Source: Acutalibacteraceae bacterium (GTDB taxonomy: Bacteria; Bacillota; Clostridia; Oscillospirales; Acutalibacteraceae). Taken from it: a stretch of 64,000 nucleotides of DNA. The stretch spans positions 32,481 through 96,480 of the forward strand of contig JAZNSD010000076.1 in assembly GCA_045591055.1 (NCBI GenBank). Direction: 5' to 3'. The number at the start of each line of letters is the position of its first letter. Positions within the stretch are counted from its first letter, which is position 1. This document shows positions 58,301 to 64,000 of the stretch, piece by piece. The notes under the pieces are model-generated. The model had not been told where the DNA came from, searched no databases, and saw nothing but the letters and a program-made list of their open reading frames with translations. The position numbers and the translations under genes were made by a program.

Positions 58301-61300
58301 CAGGTCATTATAATCTTTTAACAAATCCGGGATTTGAAAGACATTCCTCAAATACTTTTTCAGGTTGGACAGCTTCCGGAACAGTTTCCTATGCATCAGG
58401 TATAATAAACACTTCCGGCAGTGTCGGCATATCGGGTTCCCCTTCCTCTAATGCCCGTCTTGTACAAAGTGTTATTATAGGATCGTCTTCAGAAAACAGA
58501 ACTTTGATTTTCGGCGGTGCAGTAAAAGGAAATTGTGCAGCAACAAGTAATACTGAGGACAGTAATGCCAAAATAGGTTTATTGCTTGAATTGTATTCAG
58601 GGTCAAGTCTTGTTTCATCAAAAAATATTGACTACAATCCTTATGCCATTGAAACGGTGCAATTACTGACAGACAGTATTACGGCAAACAGCTCTGTTAA
58701 TGAGATAAAGCTTTATTTGTTGTATGACAAAAATGTAAATACTTCGTATTTTGATAATATGTTTATTTATATTGATAATTACGGAACAAAATATGAATAT
58801 AATGCAGACGGTAAACTGATAAAACAGAGTAATGATGCAGGTGATGCGATTTCCTATACATATCTGGGTGCAGATATAACGAAAATATCAATTACAAAAG
58901 ACGGAGAGGAAAAGGATTCGTATACCTATACTTATGATGATAATCATAACATTTTGACAGAGACAACCAAGGATGGTATAATTACAACATATACATATCC
59001 TGAAAGCGGCAACAGAGGTATGCCCACTTCTGTAACAGTCAGAGATTCAGCCGGTACGCTTCAGAGCAGTTTAACATATACTTATTCATCAAACTATAAT
59101 TATATCAGAACAGTTACTGATGCGAGAGGAAATACCACTTTGACAGTCTACAGTCCCACAAAGGGGTATCTTACGTCCGAGACTGATGCAAATGGTATTC
59201 GCTATATTTATTCTCATGATGCTTACAGTGATGAATTGCTTGAAGTATACACCGAAAATGATGACGGCTTTTTCGATGTTGTTTACAGATATAATGATAA
59301 CGGTCAATTGTCTTCTGTTGAACAGGATAATGTAACCTATAGCTTAACATACGATAATTTTTCAAGAAGAACCTCAACCAAGGTCGGCTCCCAGACACTT
59401 GCTTCTTATTCATATAATGTAAGAGGTCTTCTGGGAGCTACAACCTATGGTAACGGAACCATACATTCACTTACATATGATAATTCCGACAGAATTATCA
59501 GTGAAGCTTATGACGGAACGGTCGCATATTCCTATGCATATAACACAGAGGGATATCTTGGCAAGGTAACAGATCACGAGCTTGATATTACAACGTATTA
59601 CGACTATGACCTTGTGGGCAGGGTTACTGATGTTGACAGCACTGACGGTGTGTCCTCAGATTTTTCCTATAACGAGTACAACAGTATTGCTTCTTACTCT
59701 GTAAAAAAAGATAATTCTGTTGTTTCAGCTGCTGAATATACGTATACATCCGACGGATTGCCTGAAACAGTTGAACTTGCCGGTTTTCAGGAACCTGAGT
59801 TTCTGTATGCTTATGATGAGCTTAACCGCAGAACAGACAGTTATCACTTTTTAAGCGGTTCTCCCATAAAGGTTGAATATTCATATCTTGACGGCGAAGA
59901 TTCAGAAACAACAGGACTTGTCAGCAACATATTGTATTCTGATACCGGATATAGGTATATGCCGAAATTATCGTATACATATGATGCAAAAGGAAATATA
60001 CGTACAGTTTCTGAAAATGATGTGCTTAATCTGACTTATACCTACGACAGCCTTGACAGACTTGTCAGAGAGGATAATAAGGACCTTGATGAAACGATTG
60101 TGTATACTTACGATGAAAGAGGAAATATACTTTCCAAAAAGTATTATGATTACACAACAGGGGATGTCGGTGCTCTTAATGATGAAATAATCTATAGCTA
60201 TGACAGTGTATGGAAGGATAAACTGATTTCATATAATGGCTTATATATTGAATATGACAGCATAGGCAATCCTACAGTTTACCGTGGAATTGACCTTAAT
60301 TGGCAGAAGGGCAGACAGTTAGAATCCATAGGGTATAATGGTACAGAGCTGTTGACCTTTGAGTATAATGCTGAAGGACTTCGTACAAAAAAATCCTATT
60401 ATTACGGAGATACAACAACATATACCTGGTCTTCGGGACTTCTGATGCAGCAGACTGACGGAACAAATACGCTTAAATTCAGCTATTCCCCCGACGGAAG
60501 ACCGCTCGGAGTAATCTTTAACGGTACATCATATTATTATATCTATAATTTACAGGGTGATGTAATCGGTATATATGATTATTTAGGTTCTGTTGTTGTG
60601 GAATATACCTACGACAGCTGGGGAAATATCACTGATACAGAAGGCAGCCTTGCTTACACGCTCGGAAATCTTAATCCCTTCAGATACAGAGGCTATATTT
60701 ATGACGAAGAAACCGGATTATACTGGCTTCGCTCAAGATACTACGACCCCATGACCGGAAGATTCCTGAACGGGGATATATATGTGTCTACCGGACAAGG
60801 GATGAATGGGTATAATATGTTTGCGTATTGTGGTAATAATCCGGTGAAGAACTCTGATTGCGAAGGTGAATGCTACTATAATTCATGTGGTCGCTGGTCA
60901 CATGACAATTGGGAGAATATTGGCGATTATGAAAAGAAACCAGAACCTAACGCCTATACAGATAAAACAAATTCAGGTAAAAATATTTATATTTCTACCG
61001 AAAGTAGTTATTCAGTTGCATATGGTGATGTGCAAATTATTGATAAGCGTGATACAAATATGACCGACGGAAAGCATAATCCTGATATTAAAATTATTAA
61101 TTCTTATTTAATCAACAATGAAAATGTTCAGAAAGAAATTATTCGAATTATTAAAGAATATAACCAGAGCGTGCCCTCTTTTTACAAATGGGAAAGAAGT
61201 GAGAAATCTTTGTTAAAAGAGTGGGAAATTCACAATACTGTTTGTTGGACAGGTTTTGCTTTTGATAATACGGCACATGTTGATTTTGATGTGTTTGATG

Positions 61301-61368
61301 AGGGAAAAGGTTATATTGCTTTTTGCTATGAGAGAATTATAAAGCCTCTTTGGAAAAATAAAGGGTGA
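55393..61368 (+). CDS. Rhs/YD-repeat polymorphic toxin (Sec signal peptide, DNRLRE-like domain, two CBM4/9-like modules, YD-repeat shell, unassigned C-terminal toxin domain)
   Basis: The signal peptide is MRNVKGIISVLLSIILISATCSVALPVFA. DNRLRE-like region: GRTYIKFNLPSLP...TWNNQPSL. There are many YD repeats (YTYDSSGRINKITDAANRSVTYNYDSSGYLSSFTDAAGR etc.). The Rhs core end reads FRYRGYIYDEETGLYWLRSRYYDPMTGRF...FAYCGNNPV. About 165 further residues have no family I recognise. Confidence 0.9.
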   Translation: MRNVKGIISVLLSIILISATCSVALPVFAYEILSDNDALTKENNLANERQTEIISEVKELREEYVKHFKMSDGTYQAVVYSSPVHYKENGKWQEIDTGIKESTSATKNSEKFYANVADTEFLFPDKITNGELIKIKKNGNEISFGYKENIDSVFSSAVITESSEFQKYEDDKKTDSETLKTEVSQDILKYNNVSGKIDFEYELNSSMLKESIIIPDKQEEYVYEFSFNIGELTPVANQDGSISLIDKENNDSLEYVIASPFMIDANGIFSDSVTMTMTLSDGEYILTVTADENWLNDESREFPVVIDPTLLYKPDRVNDIFDTYTDSGAPTVNHYLSTYAIIGHNSLGTGRTYIKFNLPSLPHCGVIINATLGLLQMGFDPGNGVTNHMVVYESPASQNYQTLTWNNQPSLDNQPIVDYTEFISGSNGSVFYTLDITKIAKKWFEDGINNGLFLASANESSSWRSTIYTSNYTGYDVYPMISISYMDNKGIEDYWSYETIDMGRSGTVFINEYNGLLTYVHTDIALGGNITSLTASHIYSNEHNESGAPYGYGFRVSAQEKISLISSGDLYDEGYRAYLTDADGTVHYFKYENSSTMKYEFDDNLILKSISGQTYKYELQYEDGSKRRYDSSGKLLSISDSNGNTITYTYDSSGRINKITDAANRSVTYNYDSSGYLSSFTDAAGRNTVYSYDNGYLRTITYPDGKTTVLTYLSEKLFNIKQVDSTNVSFLYRTSDRVNFISVKGTDSAVLKTINFSFQGANTVVSDSTGRSVTVGFDNMGRAVSRSDNDGNISTAKYASEGNKNNKMTENSDVFSFSDNKLLNHSFEAEFSDWKIWKPSGTNSHSVVTSQAFVGSKSLKLTCSAEGKIVALQDLTDFEIGKEYTLSAYVKATSLSGTKTSVRIEGKDSSGTVSRNSSPWINAATDGWVRLQVSYTVPAGVTYIRICLELQGASGTVYYDALQFEEASAAGHYNLLTNPGFERHSSNTFSGWTASGTVSYASGIINTSGSVGISGSPSSNARLVQSVIIGSSSENRTLIFGGAVKGNCAATSNTEDSNAKIGLLLELYSGSSLVSSKNIDYNPYAIETVQLLTDSITANSSVNEIKLYLLYDKNVNTSYFDNMFIYIDNYGTKYEYNADGKLIKQSNDAGDAISYTYLGADITKISITKDGEEKDSYTYTYDDNHNILTETTKDGIITTYTYPESGNRGMPTSVTVRDSAGTLQSSLTYTYSSNYNYIRTVTDARGNTTLTVYSPTKGYLTSETDANGIRYIYSHDAYSDELLEVYTENDDGFFDVVYRYNDNGQLSSVEQDNVTYSLTYDNFSRRTSTKVGSQTLASYSYNVRGLLGATTYGNGTIHSLTYDNSDRIISEAYDGTVAYSYAYNTEGYLGKVTDHELDITTYYDYDLVGRVTDVDSTDGVSSDFSYNEYNSIASYSVKKDNSVVSAAEYTYTSDGLPETVELAGFQEPEFLYAYDELNRRTDSYHFLSGSPIKVEYSYLDGEDSETTGLVSNILYSDTGYRYMPKLSYTYDAKGNIRTVSENDVLNLTYTYDSLDRLVREDNKDLDETIVYTYDERGNILSKKYYDYTTGDVGALNDEIIYSYDSVWKDKLISYNGLYIEYDSIGNPTVYRGIDLNWQKGRQLESIGYNGTELLTFEYNAEGLRTKKSYYYGDTTTYTWSSGLLMQQTDGTNTLKFSYSPDGRPLGVIFNGTSYYYIYNLQGDVIGIYDYLGSVVVEYTYDSWGNITDTEGSLAYTLGNLNPFRYRGYIYDEETGLYWLRSRYYDPMTGRFLNGDIYVSTGQGMNGYNMFAYCGNNPVKNSDCEGECYYNSCGRWSHDNWENIGDYEKKPEPNAYTDKTNSGKNIYISTESSYSVAYGDVQIIDKRDTNMTDGKHNPDIKIINSYLINNENVQKEIIRIIKEYNQSVPSFYKWERSEKSLLKEWEIHNTVCWTGFAFDNTAHVDFDVFDEGKGYIAFCYERIIKPLWKNKG

Positions 61369-61373
61369 TGATA

Positions 61374-61823
61374 ATGGAAAAAATAAAAAAATATATCGGG
61401 TTGTTTTACTTTTTTGTTAATGCGGTAATTCAGATCAGTTTTTTTAGCTACTATTTTCCCGAATTCGGCAATTTTGACAAATATTTGCAATATGGCGGTT
61501 TCTTTGATTCCTTTTTGCTGTGGCTTTTTGCTGAAGGTGTTTTTGGTGATAATATTTCGCTTCGATATCTTGTTTTGGTCCTTGTTATTTTATATGTTGT
61601 GAGTTTGGTGCTATTTTTTATTGCTTTGTTTTTTAGCAGAAAAATTGTATATTCCATTTTGTTATCTCACTGCATTCTGAATGTAATTTTTCATTTTATT
61701 CTTTTGTCAGATAAACCATATGCATTCATAGGGTTGATATTTAAGATTATAGGTTGTTGTATCTATCTATACTGCCTGAAAAAAATCAAAGAAAAAAATC
61801 AAGGGACGGTTAGAAACCACTGA
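61374..61823 (+). CDS. Putative cognate immunity protein (149 aa, about 4 TM helices)
   Basis: It starts 6 nt after the Rhs stop; alternative starts GTG 61365 and ATG 61368 overlap the stop. Four long hydrophobic segments are visible. This is the typical immunity position in polymorphic toxin loci. Confidence 0.6.
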   Translation: MEKIKKYIGLFYFFVNAVIQISFFSYYFPEFGNFDKYLQYGGFFDSFLLWLFAEGVFGDNISLRYLVLVLVILYVVSLVLFFIALFFSRKIVYSILLSHCILNVIFHFILLSDKPYAFIGLIFKIIGCCIYLYCLKKIKEKNQGTVRNH

Positions 61824-61940
61824 AAAAGTGATGTTTTAAGCGGTCGCAAAAGTCAAAAATCTTGTCTTGATTTTGTTCAAAGAGAAGATTGTTAAAATTC
61901 TCATACAAAGTGAAAAAATTGACGAGTTTAGCGGTATTTT

Positions 61941-62106
61941 CTATGCCGAAAGTGCCGCTATTCTTTTCAAGTTAACTGCTATTGCGGTTAGTTTTGCTTG
62001 AAAGGTAGTGCTTCGCAGTCCCCAGCCTCTGGCTCGGGACATTCCGTGAAAAAACACGGGGCGGTTCTGTGATTGTGAAATAAATTCACAGTATTGTTGA
62101 ATTATA
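61941..62106 (-). mobile_element. Remnant of the C-terminus of a DDE transposase (IS1182/IS5-like)
   Basis: Minus-strand translation gives ...NRPVFFHGMSRARGWGLRSTTFQAKLTAIAVNLKRIAALSA*. This matches the conserved HG(L/M)R.AR.RGL......LTA.A.NLKR.A tail of these transposases. An upstream in-frame stop means only about 50 codons remain. Confidence 0.55.
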
Positions 62107-62210
62107 TTACATTAATCGTCCCTTGGCTTCATCTATTGTAAGCTATACTTATACTGATAAGACAAATCAGTCGATTGACAGGGGTAAGTTACTATATAGC
62201 TCAGAAAACA

Positions 62211-62276
62211 TAAGCAATCATAGAACCGTCCCCTGATTTTGTTTAAGCAATCATAGAACCGTCCCCTGATTTTGTT
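62211..62276 (+). repeat. Perfect 33-bp direct tandem duplication (2 copies)
   Basis: TAAGCAATCATAGAACCGTCCCCTGATTTTGTT occurs at 62211..62243 and again at 62244..62276. Confidence 0.95.
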
Positions 62277-62378
62277 TTTGGATGTGATGAGGCGCCAGAA
62301 GTACATGTTCCCGGATATGGGCATTATCATGACCCAAAACATGCATTTCATATTTGGTTTGGCGATAAAATAACATAA
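62247..62378 (+). pseudogene. Start-less 43-codon reading frame, possible orphan toxin C-terminal tail
   Basis: AIIEPSPDFVFGCDEAPEVHVPGYGHYHDPKHAFHIWFGDKIT* opens right after a TAA with no ATG/GTG/TTG. It ends 13 nt before the next ORF, which is a toxin-tail/immunity arrangement. Confidence 0.3.
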
Positions 62379-62391
62379 AAAGGATATTATT

Positions 62392-62961
62392 ATGAAAATT
62401 TTGATTAAATATTTTATCGATGAATGTCTATGCTATCCGTTTGATCAGAGTTGCAGATATTTTTGTATTAATAATCAAAAATTTTACCGCGATGTGAAGC
62501 TTACTGTGAACAACTCGAAGAACCATAGAATAAAATATCTTCTTCCCATAGTCAGAATTAATATCATTGAATTGATGGAAAATTATTTAAAAGCTTTGAA
62601 CATTGAAAAGGATGAGGTTATACATTCGTCAAAAATGCAAGAGCCCGATAATGTCAATTGGAATGAGAATGAAGCAATCGCTTTCGATGTTGCCTTCCGC
62701 ATTTTTATTGACGGCAGATATTATGTTAAAGACGGAAAAGAAACAGATATGGTTACAGATTGGTGCAATTATAAAAATTCCGTGTGTTTACCTATTATAA
62801 AAAAGTGGTGTGCGGAAAACGGCATAAAATGGTATGATGATAAATTCTCTCATTTTTTTTACAAATGGCATAACCCTTTCGTTTATAAAGCGGACAAGAA
62901 CGATGTTTTTGAAGTAATTGATTATCCCGGTTGCTACAGTTTTGTTGAAATTCCAAAATAA
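62392..62961 (+). CDS. Hypothetical cytoplasmic protein, candidate orphan immunity protein
   Basis: 189-aa ORF, AT-rich, with no TM segments and a weak RBS (AAAAGGAT). I recognise no family. Its position is downstream of an Rhs locus. Confidence 0.45.
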   Translation: MKILIKYFIDECLCYPFDQSCRYFCINNQKFYRDVKLTVNNSKNHRIKYLLPIVRINIIELMENYLKALNIEKDEVIHSSKMQEPDNVNWNENEAIAFDVAFRIFIDGRYYVKDGKETDMVTDWCNYKNSVCLPIIKKWCAENGIKWYDDKFSHFFYKWHNPFVYKADKNDVFEVIDYPGCYSFVEIPK

Positions 62962-63073
62962 TAATGAGAGAAAATCAATTATGAAACGGTTTTGTGAATC
63001 GTTAAGCTTATAATATAGGAAGAGTAAGACAAGGGGCATAGCTTTATCGGTTTTTTAGCTTAAAGGAGTTAAT

Positions 63074-63434
63074 ATGGATTAGGATTGTTTTTTTGATATT
63101 AAAGAAAATTATAATGAATTTATAGATTTTGCTTTATCTTTAAGTGATTATATTACATTTCATATTGGTCATTATGATATACTGTCACCTGAAAGTTTTA
63201 CCATCAACAACTCTTTATGATAAAAATAATATTAAAATTGACGTCGAGAATCCGGGCGGTAGAAATGGACAGATTCATATGCACTATAAAGGTAATAAAT
63301 ATTTTTATCATGTATCACAACAAAAGTTTGTTTTGGAGAATGGAGATTTGGCTTCAAAAAGTATACAGGAATTGTTAAATAATGAAGCCGTTGTTAAGGC
63401 TATTGCGAAGGGATTGGTATATCTTGGATATTAA
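63074..63434 (+). pseudogene. Apparently disrupted small gene (TAG at codon 3 plus a frame switch)
   Basis: AAAGGAG, 6 nt, then ATG GAT TAG. The same frame continues protein-like (DCFFDIKENYNEFIDFALSLSDYITFHIGHYDILSPESFTINNSL*) to 63220. The +1 frame carries on as YDKNNIKIDVENPGGRNGQIHMHYKGNKYFYHVSQQKF...AIAKGLVYLGY* to 63434. Confidence 0.4.
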
Positions 63435-63855
63435 TAAAAAAGAGATTGCCTGTTTATTGTTCCCGAAATTTAAATGTGTCAGGGATAAGTCAGGCTATGA
63501 ATTTGTTGTGTTTCAGCAAAGTAGTGTTACAAATGATTTTGAAAAAAGTATGTTCTGTGATAAAACATCTTTTGAAGCATTTGAAAATCATATTCATATT
63601 TTGGATGGTATCAGCAAAACAGAGCTGTACGTATTAGAGAGTATAAGCAGAAAACTGTGCAAATACTATGTGAAGTTGTTGGCTGATCAATTTCCGGATA
63701 AAAGATTTGCTGTTTGTGTTTCATTGAAAGAAAACGATTCAATGATTTTTCGTTTTCATCAATGCCACGAAGAGGAACCTCTTTATTTGCAGGAAGGAAA
63801 ATGGGAGGACGGATCAATTGTAATTGTTGAGTTGTCAGATCAGGCAGAAGACTGA
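63382..63855 (+). CDS. Hypothetical cytoplasmic protein, candidate immunity protein
   Basis: 157-aa ORF. A TTG at 63424 would give about 143 aa and overlap the upstream stop by only 11 nt. It is soluble and acidic at the C-terminus. I recognise no family. Confidence 0.45.
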   Translation: MKPLLRLLRRDWYILDINKKEIACLLFPKFKCVRDKSGYEFVVFQQSSVTNDFEKSMFCDKTSFEAFENHIHILDGISKTELYVLESISRKLCKYYVKLLADQFPDKRFAVCVSLKENDSMIFRFHQCHEEEPLYLQEGKWEDGSIVIVELSDQAED

Positions 63856-63922
63856 CACCGGACGGACAGAAATCATTGCAGGTTTATATGAAGATAGTTC
63901 AGTTGCTATTGTTGAGGTGCAT

Positions 63923-64000
63923 ATGAAAGATTTAAAAAGTATTGCAAAAATATTTACTGAAGAAGCCGATTTGTTTTTGATTGATCATTATCCGTTTGTT
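63923..64000 (+). CDS. Hypothetical protein, 3' end outside the window
   Basis: GAGGTG RBS, then ATG and MKDLKSIAKIFTEEADLFLIDHYPFV... running off the window edge. Confidence 0.4.
   Translation, partial: MKDLKSIAKIFTEEADLFLIDHYPFV

Noticed and set aside
62005-62095. A cluster of GC-rich hairpins (GTCCCCAGCC-TCT-GGCTCGGGAC, CCGTG-A6-CACGG, TGTGAA-ATAA-TTCACA) in an AT-rich spacer looked like a structured ncRNA.
   Set aside because: The minus-strand translation of the same stretch gives a conserved transposase C-terminal motif (HGMSRARGWGL...LTAIAVNLKRIA). The GC-richness is better explained as an IS coding remnant, and the stems are probably incidental.
62133-62351. A minus-strand 72-aa ORF with an internal NKIRGRFYDCL duplication.
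   Set aside because: The duplication is simply the translation of the 33-bp tandem DNA repeat. There is no RBS and the composition is implausible.

Overview
The window looks like a chromosomal segment from a Gram-positive anaerobe of the Clostridia. Two proteins carry dockerin modules, Shine-Dalgarno sites are strong GGAGG-type, and hand-counted sample lines give roughly 40-45% GC, so a Ruminococcus-like origin is likely (inference only). About 1..35500 is a transporter-rich carbohydrate-utilisation region. It holds several MFS/GPH permeases, GH127/DUF1680-like proteins, a DUF1349 protein, a GH99-like protein, a Gfo/Idh/MocA oxidoreductase, a cytoplasmic Cys-type sulfatase, HAD phosphatases, an esterase, and a pentose-phosphate epimerase with a PfkB kinase. 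Regulators are interspersed (XRE-membrane fusion, PadR pair), along with a sirtuin and an FHA/zinc-ribbon protein carrying a 24-nt tandem repeat. Positions 35729..38650 encode a dockerin-M28 peptidase and an ECF sigma/anti-sigma pair. Positions 38988..47025 are a cell-wall polysaccharide cluster (glf, two GT2, Wzy/O-antigen-ligase-like, TagB/F-like, flippase, LicC-like nucleotidyltransferase). After it come an AAA_28-CYTH fusion, an LRR-dockerin protein, the infC-rpmI-rplT operon with its leader, and two tandem GPH transporter paralogues. The most unusual part is the AT-richer right end (about 55100..64000). It contains a 1,991-aa Sec-signal Rhs/YD-repeat polymorphic toxin whose C-terminal domain I cannot assign to any family, followed directly by a 4-TM putative immunity gene. 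Downstream are a decayed IS transposase remnant, a perfect 33-bp tandem duplication, and a string of small orphan toxin-tail or immunity-like cassettes, some apparently pseudogenised. A second notable point is a three-member family of secreted LCAT-like alpha/beta hydrolases. Two copies are intact and have Cys in place of the nucleophile Ser; the third is internally deleted. I saw no rRNA, tRNA or CRISPR array. All functional calls rest on motifs read by eye from the supplied translations; no database search was run.
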